The translations under genes and the position numbers were made by a program. 64,000 nt of DNA from Lingula anatina. Taxonomy: Eukaryota > Animalia > Brachiopoda. Where the stretch lies: the NCBI GenBank assembly GCA_051362555.1, contig CM120642.1, positions 4,402,001-4,466,000 on the forward strand, read 5' to 3'. The notes under the pieces were generated by a model. It saw only the letters and a program-made list of their open reading frames with translations, did no database searches and was not told the origin of the DNA. Positions 14,201-26,200 of the stretch are shown in pieces; positions within the stretch are counted from its first letter, which is position 1, and each line of letters begins with the position of its first letter.

Positions 14201-17200
14201 ATATGGCCTTTTGACAAAGTTTTCAAGGCCAACAAAATGCTTAAGTCTTTACTGTAGTTGTTCCATACAATCATCTTTTTACTTTGTCATCTAATACTCT
14301 ATGATATAAGTGTCTAAAGATAAAATATTAGGAAACATGGGTTCCCAAACAATGGTACAGTATTAATTTCAGCCCACCTAAGACATAAACATTCATACAA
14401 ATGTCAGGAAAAGGATCTTATTTCTAAGCACTGAGTGTTATATAGTCACCATAAGTGGGTGTCTTGTGGTATATATTACATGTATGTACGTCTCATGCTT
14501 TATTTTCTCCATGCTCATGCATCATTGGATGTTACAAATGCAAAGGCAGATTGAGGCCATCTTCTGGGTCTTCCGGAAAACAGTAAGATTTTCAAGTTAG
14601 CACTGACGAGTATCTAATTTTTTCTGTTGGAAGATGGTCAAAAATAGAGAATGGATCAACAAAGATAATTTGGAAGACTGTCAGAAAATATCTCAGGACC
14701 TGCGACATTTAATGTCTTAACTAGAAAGCCAATTTAATACAACCAATTGTTCTGTACAGTCTGTGGTTGTACAAGGTTGACTGCTCTCTTATGAAAAAGA
14801 AGCTCTTCGATTGGACAATTGAATATAGTGATGACAGACATTTAATTTATGAGGAGTGCTGAGATATTGCAGGGTGTTTAGTAACAACACCAAAAAGTAC
14901 AGCCTTACTTGATAGGGTGGTAATACCCATACAATTTCTGTAAATCAAAGAAATAGCAAGCCTAAAGATACCACAAGAGAAAATGATGCTAGATAACAAT
15001 AACAGGACGCATCTAGAATCCTTTAAAGATTTTTCTCTCATCAATGAGTCAGGATTTCAAAGAGAACTTCTACAGAATGGCACACAAACTTTGGCTATGG
15101 AAAGTGTCTCTGTTTCACTTCGTGTTCTTATTGTCTCACTGAAGGGAATCTTTGTAATTTTGGGAGCCATGGGCAACATGTCCATTGTGGCAGCCATATT
15201 GCAAATCCCAAAGTTCCACAAGTCTGCTCACTACATCCTCATCTGCAGTCTCACCTTCAATAATGCCATGGTATCCTTCCTGGAGACATTTCCACAATTT
15301 CTGGCATTTACCATTCCAGACTGGGACATAGGACAGAGACTCTGTACCTTTTCTTTCTACGTCAAGCTGCCCCTGCTCACGACGTCTGCTTTGCTATTGG
15401 CTCTTATTGGATTTCAGCGTTGTATCCTAATTTCTAGCAAACCAGGTAATGCAATGGTAAATAAATTGAAATCGTCAAGATACATTGGGGGACTTATTGC
15501 TTTGGCATGGTTGTTGCCCATGCTTTTCATAATTCAAACAACTTTTGTGTGCAGGGGAAAGATTATACGTTATAGCCCAGAGAGCCTATTATGTATGTAT
15601 GATATCAGAAAAAAGCACTGTGATTCAATGGCTTTCTTTATGGTCTTATATGTAGCAGCATCAGTCATCATGTTGGTTTGTGATGGCATAATTATCTTTA
15701 AGATGAAAAAATTAAAGGAAAAGGTTGCTCCAGCACAAAATGCTTCAACTTCCACAGACAGCTTGCCATCACAGCAGCAGCAACCGTCATTTCTTGCTAA
15801 AACTGAACTTCAGCTTACAAAGGCCATGTTTCTTTTGATGATGAACAGTTTCATTTGCAACCTCACTCCAAGTCTTGTGCTGAACCTCATATCCATTGGC
15901 CCAGAAGCGCATATTGTTGCATCTTTACTTTTTCAGCTCTCACGAACAATGGATGCCATCATACTGTATGGGAAAAATAGGTCGCTCAGAAAAGCAATCC
16001 AAACATTGTATAAATCTTGTTTCTGCAAAGCATGACTGTCTTAAAAAGAAGCCCAATAGGCTTTATAAAGACCACTGACAAATCTGAAACTTTGCCTGAT
16101 GAAATCAGTCTTATTATCAAGATGTGACTTACGTGTATCCTGGCCATACATTTCAAGTTCTGGAAAGATGAGGACCAATTAAGAGATCAAAATGTGCTGA
16201 CTGAATTAATTTTAATAATCATTACTCAGGGGGGATTTAGGCCATTTTCTAGGTCAGATTTTCAAGTTTACATTGACGGGTATCTTATTTTTTCTGTGGG
16301 AAGACAGTTAAAAATAGAGGATGGATCAACAAAGATAATTTGGAAGACTGTCAGAAAATGTCTCTGGATCCGCCCTTGTAACTGGTAGTATTCTTCTTAA
16401 TCAGTAACGCAGGTTTATTAATTCAGATCACACTAAGCCCAAAACACCTTCTTATATTTATCCACTGTTAATTTGTAATGCACTGTAATTTTGTCATTTA
16501 TTATGTAATTTCCATTAGGTTACATGCACTCACAGTATTATTGCCATTACCACTGTTATCAAATTCAATGAAGAGAGCCAACAAATGTGCACAATGTACA
16601 ATTGCTTTTGTCAAGTGTAGGATTATTATCATGATTAATATTACTTAAGTACCTGACAAAAAATGCAAGCAGTAGTGAACAATAGCAAATGAAATAATTA
16701 TATAATTCATATCCAAGTGATTAGATAAATGCCATAAAGTGGTCTTCAATGTCTAGATTCAGTGTGTCGTTCAATATTCATGTCAAACTTAATGTATACA
16801 TACTGTACTTTTCTATTGTAATGTTTTATTTGTTTACTAGGCTTTTTATAATATATTGTAAAATTAGTTCTTTACCTAGCCTGTAATCTTGCTGGATTTA
16901 GAAGCTGGGGATTTTGGACACAAAACATAGTGTTCAAATTCAGTTATATTATATATTTATATATTATATGCTTAAGGGTCACTCCAGGGCTCTGTAACTC
17001 TGTAACTCGAGAGCATCGCGAATTACAATAGCAATATCACCTTTTATTTCGAGGCTAATCGGGGCATCCCGAGTTATGGAATAGAGGTGCTTGTGCTCGG
17101 TCGCAATTCGCACTACTTTCAAGTTACGGAGCCCAGCAAATTTGCAGTGAATTTGAGAGAGAGTTTGCCACAGGCCTGATATTTTGCTAAGGGTACCCAA

Positions 17201-20200
17201 GGTACACAAACGAGGCTTCAAATAAACTTTTGTTTCAAAGGGTCTTTTTTTTAATTCTGAATTGGGAAATATAAGAATCATTACAAGACAAAAATATGAC
17301 TGTGGGAGATTTTCAAATGAGTGCAGGGAGAGGTGGAGAGGTACGTCCTTTAATTAACATACTTATTCAATAATTGTAGTTAATACTCAAAAAGATTCCC
17401 ATACATAACTGCTTCATAATACTATAGCTTATTTGCCCATTAAACACCTGGATTTTTTTTTTATAGACACCATACAGTGAGTCCAGTACGTATGTCTGAG
17501 TAGATTACCTATGGAACTAAAGGATTGAGCCACTGGCTCTTCAAATTCCGTCTTACTCTGATATTACCTTGATGAAAACCAATTTTAAATTCATCTAATT
17601 CAAATTCATTTGTTTGTTTATTATATGTTTTTTTAACTATCTGGAACTTTTTGAGCACGCACAACTACAAGCCCCCCCCCCCCCCCCACACACACACACA
17701 CACAAAGTCTAGTTAAAATTAACCACATTTCATCCACTACCTGACCATGAAGTGGAACTGCCTTTAATTTGCTACACACCCACAACTCCCAAAAAACAGT
17801 ACCTTATACACTTCAATGATGAAAAATATGTCAACATCTTGAACTTCACACCTCTCCTATCTACTGGTTAAATTATTTGCACTCTTTGCAATTGGTAAAG
17901 CTTAACCAAAACACAACTTTGCAGATTTTAAGTCTAGGGTCAAAGAAAATGGCGGCTATTCCTCAAATACAACGGGTTTCCTAATACCTATCCAGATGCC
18001 CGGGCCTTAAAATCAATTTCCACCCCTCACAAAAGATCTTATAATCCAATATCAATTAAAATTGGCACATATAGAAGTCCTCACCTTGTATCACTTCACT
18101 CAATTCAATGAGATTATCCAAAATTTAATAATAACAAAATTTTTTATTTTTTCACTGGGCATTTCCATGCTTATTTTTTAAAACTTAGGGAATTTTTAAC
18201 ACAGAAGCAACCAACAGATTTCCTATGAAAATTTATGGATGTGATGCTTGCTTTATTACCTATGTACAAAAAAATTGATACAAAAGTCCCCAAAATTGTG
18301 GCCCATTATCGACGGACAAAATTTAGCAGGACAAACTATATACTTGCAAAATCCCTTCACAAGTAATAAATAGTTCATCACCTAGGTAAAATGTAGAACA
18401 GACTAAGATTCCCTTTGGCTCAGATAGTATATAAGCTGGGCACTGTTTCACATTAAACTTGGACTCCCCAACAATGCCAACATATGTCTCAGCAGTCTTC
18501 ACCAAGATTGGTTTACTCTCAGGGATCCTCAATTTTGGCAGTCATCTCTCAGAGACCCTCGACAACAGCAGTATTGTAACCTTTCAACAACCCACAACAG
18601 CAGCAGTCATCTATCGGCAGCCTTTGGCATCAGCAGTCTTACCTCTCAAGGACCTTCTACACTAGGTAACCTTTCAGCAGACCTCGACAGCAGCAGTAAT
18701 CTCAGCAGATCTCAACAGCAGCAGTCTTACCTCTCAGTGACCCTCGACAGCAACAGTAATCTCAGCAGCCAGTGACAGCAGCAGTCTATCTCTCAGATAC
18801 ACCCTTCAGTCAATGTTTTTTTTTAAACTGATTGATTGTTATTTCTTGTTTAATTCAATTACACAAATTATTATATTTATTTGTTTATGTCTCCCTTGAT
18901 TTTTTTTTTTTTTTTGATACATGCACAACAGCAGTGTTTTATAGTCAAGTTGTGGTTTTTTTTGTGTTATAAAATTATTGAATGCATGTACTTCTACCTT
19001 TTTCTTCATGCTCATGTATCTTGGATGTTAACAATGTCTAAACTTAGAAACCAATTCAACACAAGCATACTTCTGCACTGCACGTAGTTGATCAAGATTG
19101 ACGCCTCTTGTATGAAAAAGAAAGTCTTCAATTGGTCAACTGAAAATACAATGTAGGTGACGACAGATATTCATTAGTGGAGCAGACGCCCTGCGGGGTA
19201 TTTAGTAGCAGCAACCAAAGGTGCAGCTTCACTTGATAGGGTGTGAACATCACTGCAGTTTCTGTAAATCAGAGAAATAGCAAGCCGGAAGATAGCACAA
19301 GAGAAAATGATGCTAGACAATTATAACAGGACGCATCTAGAATCCTTTGAAGACTTTTCTTTCATCAATGAGTCAGGAAATCAGACAGAAATTCTACAGA
19401 ATGGCACACAAACTTTGGCTATGGAAAGTGTCTCGGTTCCACTCCGTGTTGTAATCCTCATGCTGAAGGGAATCTTTGTAATTTTGGGAGCTGTGGGCAA
19501 TACATCGATTGTGGCAGCCATACTGCATATCCCAAAGTTTCACAAGTCTGCTCACTACATCCTCATCTGCAGTCTCACCATCAACAACTCCTTGGTATCC
19601 TTCCTGGAGACATTTCCACAATTTCTGGCATTTACCATTCCAGATTGGGACATAGGACAGAGACTCTGTACCTTTTCTTTCTACGTCAAGCTTCCCCTGC
19701 TCACGACGTCTGCTTTGCTATTGGCTCTTATTGGATTTCAGCGTTGTATTGTCATTTCCAGCAAACCAGGTAATGCAATGGCAAATAAATTGAAATCGTC
19801 AAGATACATAGGGGGACTAATTGCTTTGGCATGGTTGTTGCCTGTGCTTTTCATAATTCAAACAGCTTTTGTGTGCAGGCGCAAGCTTATACGTTACAAC
19901 CCAGAGAGCTTATTATGTATGTATGATAACAGAAAAAATCACTGTAATTCAATGGCCATCTTTATGGTCTTATATGTAGCAGCATCAGTCATCATGTTGG
20001 TTTGTGATGGCATAATTATCTATAAGATGAAAAAATTGAAGGAAATAGTTGCTCCAGTGCAGAATCCTACAAGTACTTCAACGGAGAACTTGCAGCCGCA
20101 GCAGCAGCAACCGTCATTTCTTGCTAAAACTGAACTTCAGCTTACCAAGACCATGTTTCTCTTGATGCTGAACAGTTTCATTTGCAACCTCACTCCAAGT

Positions 20201-23200
20201 CTTGTGCTGAACCTCATATCCATTGGCCCAGAAGCACATATTGTTACCTCGTTACTTTTTCAGCTCTCACGAACAATGGATGCCATCATATTGTATGGAA
20301 AAAACACGGCACTCAGAAAAGCAATTCAAACAATGTATAAATCTTGCTTCTGCAAAGCATGACTGTCTTAGAAAGAAAAAAGAAGCCCAACAGGTAAAAT
20401 AAGGGCCATTTATAAATCTCAAACTTTGCCTGATGAAATCAATCTTATTATCAAGATGTGACCAATGTGTATTATGATCCAACATTTAAAGTGCTGGAAA
20501 GGTGAGGTTCAATTATGAGATCAAATATGATTACATTTATTTTATCATTATGATAACTTACAGATAGTGTTCTTGTGTATTAGTTACTCTTTATCAACTT
20601 GAATTCAGATTACAAAACATCCAATAATACAAGTTACAATATAAATCTATTGTTAATGTGCAAATGTGCTGTTATTTTATCACTTATTATTTAATTTCTA
20701 TTAGATTATGATCAAAGTCTGGGTTGTCCTCTTATAGGTTCATGTGGCACAGTATTACCATTATCATTTTTATCAAATTCCACCACATTGCTCAATTTCT
20801 TTTAACTCTCAGATTATTAATATCATAAATTTCAAGGGCATGGTGATAAATTACAAGCACTATTTATTGATAACAATTGAAGTAGATGTAATTATCAACA
20901 TGAATATTGTGGCAAATACAAAAATTATATATGCGTCTCTACTAAAGAAATTAACATATATTGACTGGTGGAAGTATACAGAGCAGGTTCAGGGACCATA
21001 AGTCGGGCTGTTATGCAGCAATTTAAAAGCAACTTAAAACAAAATCCAATGGAAAAGCAGTGAAGTTGGTCTTCAATGTCTAGATTCAATATGTCATACA
21101 ATAGTCACCTCAAACTTAACATATGGCTATTGTACTACTTCTGTTGTAATGTTCAAGTGTTTACTAGCCTTTCTATAATTTATTGTAAAATAAGTTCTTG
21201 ACAAAGCCTGTAATCTTACTTTCAAATTGCAAATTTTTTTACCCTTATATCTGAAAAACTGGGAGAGATATGCTCATAGTTACTGTTGAACTTGAATGGG
21301 AAGTCTTAATTAGCAATCCTACTGTAACCTTGAATTTCACCTTTGACCTACTTTTCACCATGAACTGCACTTTGTAAATTTTCTGACACTTGTATCTCTA
21401 AAACTGACAGAGGTACATCCATTGTTACTGTTGAACTTGAATAGGAAGTCATATATGGGCAGGGTGTTACTGTAAGGTTTATATTGCTTTTTTTATTGTG
21501 CTTGAGGAGCTGGGTGATCCAACGCATCCGATGCACTTACATTTGTGTAAGTGATAACTATATTAGGTTTAGGGATATTCATATTAGTTTGGACATTTTA
21601 TTTCATTCAACCCAGTGTTTCTGTAGGATGAACACACAGTATATTCTTTTTGATCAGTCATTTTGGGTTTTGTTATTTAGAATTTATAGTTTAAGGAATG
21701 GCAGGAATGATGATTTTTTATACTGATTATTGATTACTAGTGATTATTGAAATTTATCAGTTTTTTAAGTAAATTTAAGCATGGTAAATCATGGGTAGTG
21801 AGTGAATTATTGTAATTTTTTCCTACTTTTTTAGTTTTAATGTGTCTTGTGAATTCTTGCCTGAAATAAAACTAAGATCCAGTGAGCCTCTTATGCCTTT
21901 CCTTGACTTGGCGTACCCTCACGTACTATGTTACTATGACCTTGAATTTGACCATTAACCTAGATACCCATATTTGCTACTGAACCTGAATAGGAAATCA
22001 TATATTGGTAAACTTTCTGTGATCCTGAATTTGACCTTTGACCTACTTTTCACCATGAACTGCACTTCACAAATTTTCAAGCTCTTATATTTATTATTGA
22101 ACTTAGATTTACACTCTTACTGTGACCTTGGATTCTACCTTTTACATTTTCCCACAATTTTGTTATAAATTGTAATTGTCTACAAAACCACTGGAGGTGG
22201 TGTCCCTTTTTTTTATTTGCCATACATGGGTTTACTCCAGCTGGTGATACTATACCCGGAGAGTAGCACCTCTACATGTAGTTTAGAATGGATTGGATGC
22301 GCCATCAAGCAATCGCCATATCGCTTAAAGTTGTAGGACAAGTTAAAATCATTCAATACACACATAAAATGCACAGTTTTAAATGTTCTCAATTTCAACT
22401 GCCAACAACAAAATTACATCATGTTATGTAATAAATATATTCAAAACAATAGGATATAAGAGCTCCAGGGAATCACTGACCATAATTAAACTACCTACAT
22501 GTAAATTTTTCCAATGTGGTTCAGTGACAACAAGAATGAAATGTGAATAGACTGATTAACAGTATCTTTTCTGATTTTAAATGTAAAATCAGTAGAAAAA
22601 AAGGGTCTTAAGAACTTAACAAATTTACCAGAGCTTAATTCAGTTCTGGTATTGGCCCTTACTGAGGTATGATTGAAGTACATGTAGCTGACTAAAAAGA
22701 AACTAAGCAGACATGGATAATGTCCTGTGGTTGAGGGTTCCGCCCCCTCTTGTGTAACATAAGCTATTTTCTGTTCATTTGTCAGGAAAAGGATCTTATT
22801 TCTGAGCAATGATGCTCATTGCAGACACGTGGCAGTGTTTTATAGTCATGATGTGGGTGTCCTGTGGTACATATTGCATGTATATGTTCTTCTTATACTT
22901 AATTTTCTCAATGCTCATGTATCATTGGATGTTACATATGTCTATACCTGGAAGCCAATTTAATCAAACCAATTGTTTTGTACAGTCTGTGGTTGTACAA
23001 GGTTGACTGTTCTCTTTTGCGAAAAAGAAGTTCTCTGATTGGACAATTGAATATAGTGATGACAGACATTGATGAGTTGTGCTGAGATCTTGCAGGGTAT
23101 TTAGATACACCACCAGAAGACACAGCCTCACTTGGCAGGCTGGTAATACCCATGCAACTTCTGTTAAAGATATTACAAGCCAGAAGATAGCACAAGAAAA

Positions 23201-26200
23201 AAATGATGCCAGATGATTTTAACGAGACATACCTAGAATTCTTTGAAGATTTTTCTCTCATCAATGAGTCAGGATTTCAGACAGAATTTCTACAGAATGG
23301 CACACAAACTTTGTCTATGGAAAGTGTCTCGGTTCCACTCCGTGTTGTAATCCTCACACTGAAGGGAATCTTTGTAATTTTGGGAGCTGTGGGCAACACT
23401 TCCGTTGTGGCGGCCATATTACATATCCCAAAGTTCCACAAGTCTGCTCATTACATCCTCATCTGCAGTCTCACCTTCAACAATGCCATGGTATCTTTCC
23501 TGGAGACATTTCCACAATTTCTGGCATTTACCATCCCAGACTGGGACATAGGACAGAGACTCTGTACCTTCTCCTTCTACGTCAAGCTGCCCCTGCTCAC
23601 AACATCTGCTTTGCTATTGGCTCTTATTGGATTTCAGCGTTGTATCGTCATTTCTAGCAAACCAGGTGATGCAATGGCAAATAAATTGAAATCATCAAAA
23701 TACATTGGGGGACTAATTTCTCTGGCATGGTTGTTACCCGTGCTTTTCATAATTCAAACAGCTTTTGTGTGCAGTGGAAAGGTTATACTTTATAGCCCAG
23801 AAAGCCTATTATGTATGTACGATATCAGAAAAAAGCACTGTGATTCAATGGCCATCTTTATGGTCTTATATGTAGCAGCATCAGTCATCATGTTGGTTTG
23901 TGATGGTGCCATCATCTATAAGATGAAAAAATTGAAGGAAATAGTTGCTCCAGCAACTTCCACAGAGAACTTGCCGCCACAGCAGCAGCAACCATCATTC
24001 CTTGCTAAAACTGAACTTCAGCTTACCAAGACCATGTTTCTCTTGATGCTGAACAGTTTCATTTGCAACCTCACTCCAAGTCTTGTGTCGAACCTCATAT
24101 CCATTGGCCCAGAAGCCTATATTGTTGCATCGTTACTTTTTCAGCTCTCATATACAATGGATGCCATCATATTGTATGGCAAAAACACGGCACTCAGAAA
24201 AGCAATTCATGCAATGTTTAAACCATGTTTCTGCAAAGCATGACTTCCTTAAAAATAAGCCTGACAGGTTATATAAAGACCATTGGCAAATCTGAAACTT
24301 TGCCTGATATAAACTTGAAGCTTAACCAAGATGTGACTAATGTGTATCATGATCCAACATTAGAAGTGCTGGAAAGGTGACAATCAATTAAGAGATCAAA
24401 TTATGATTACTTAATTTACTTTTATAATCATAGCTTATAGTGTTCAGTTACTCTTTATTTATTCAGATCACAATGCATCCAATACATTTTACAAAATTTA
24501 TCTATTGTTAACGTGCACATGAAGGTAATTATCACAATATGGGTTTTTCTCTTGTAGTTTCATGTGTCACATTTTACCATTTACCATTTTTATCAAATTT
24601 AACCAAGAGCCAGTAAGTGTGAACATTGTACAATTACTCTGGTTTACTGTCAGATCATTAATATAATGGTAACTATCAAGAGCCTGGGGATAAAATGCAA
24701 GCAGTAATCATTGATGGCAAATGAAGTAGATGTAATTACCAACATCAATACTGGGGCAAAATGCCATATATATAGCGTTCTTCTAAAGAACATGCTGATT
24801 ATACTGAGCAGGGTCAGTGACCATAAGTCAGGCAGTTTGCTGCAATTTAAAACAACATCCAATGGAAAAGCAGGGAGGTTGGTCTTCAATGTCTAGATCC
24901 AATGTGTCATGCGATCAATAGTCACGTCAAACTTTATGTATAGACTTTGTACTACTTCTCTATTGTAATGTTTTATTTGTTTATTAATCTTTTTAGAATA
25001 GTTTTGTTTACTAGTCTTTTTTAAAGATAGATGGTCATTTAGGGCTAAATGACCATCTATCTAGCTAGAGACATATCTGTGAATATCTGTAAAAAATCTA
25101 TCACTCTCCCTGGTAGAGGGTACATCTCTGCATTTGTTTATTATACCACAACTTTCAGGCCTGTAGCCAGGAATTGCAAAAAGGGGGTTGTTTTTCTGAA
25201 AATGTGGACCTTTTTTCATGAAACCTTAGTTTACATAGATCAAATTTAACCAGAGTGGACCTTTTCCCGGCAAAAAAAAAGGGGTGGGGTTCTTTTGAAA
25301 ATCTCTCCCCGAACCCACTCTGGCTATGGGCCTAACTTTTACCTTGGTAGATTCAGTCCAGTACACATTGTGTGCCATCCAGTCCACGGCCACGCCATCC
25401 ACAGTGACCAAACCCTCCTTTACAATGGGATGCCTAGGCAATGGAATACAATAGTCTAATTATTTACATTTTCTAAATTTCCAAAAACAACAACAACAAC
25501 AACATAAATTGGAAAACGACACTCATCATTTCTTCAAGAAATGATTATCAGATGGAGACATACAAAGCATGTGGCCAATTTCTCTTTTGCTTCCTTCCTT
25601 AGTGTTTTGAGGTATTAATATGTCAGCTCTTTAAAGAAAAAAGAGTTTGACTTACACAGGTCTACCCAGTCTATCATAACTTTTTAGCAGACAAAATTCT
25701 CTTTTGGTTTATTATGTGTCTGTCATGATTAAAACCTAATCAGTCACCCTTGAAAATAACATACACTTAAATGGAAGGAAAATAGAAACTATTATTTTTT
25801 GTCTGTAGTTACAATGTGTAGCATATGGAAGCACAAATGCTGTGACAGTCATGGTATAAACTTTTCAATTTTTGCACATAGTATGAAAGCTACTAAATAC
25901 CTCTGCATGTGTGTGTATTTAAATACACTGCTCATATATATATACATATTACAACATTCAAACTGTGTTGAAATGAAATAGGTTAAACTAAAACTAAGAT
26001 ATTTGTTTTGTTTGTTGATTAGTGTGCAGCACTTATCAGCAATTATGTAACAGCAAATCCAAATATCTCATTTAAACCTTATATATAGACAACAGCAAGG
26101 AATCATGAACGCTCCAGAATGTTATGGCCAGCAATTAATATGCTAGTGAATTTACAAGATCACACTGAACCTTAATGACACACAGTTAACACTAAAATAT

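Noticed and set aside
16972-17353. Kolobok-like element between TTAA sites
   Set aside because: Terminal inverted match too weak to support a call
14983-24243. GPCRs as opsins
   Set aside because: No Lys at the TM7 retinal-binding position ([14 protein letters not shown] / [14 protein letters not shown])
14983-24243. Assigning a gene symbol (moody, Tre1, melatonin receptor)
   Set aside because: Only a general resemblance; the NRY motif is absent and orthology cannot be established without a phylogeny
14400-24990. Three GPCR copies as a haplotype assembly artefact
   Set aside because: Copies differ by many substitutions, indels and copy-specific MITE insertions, too much for alleles
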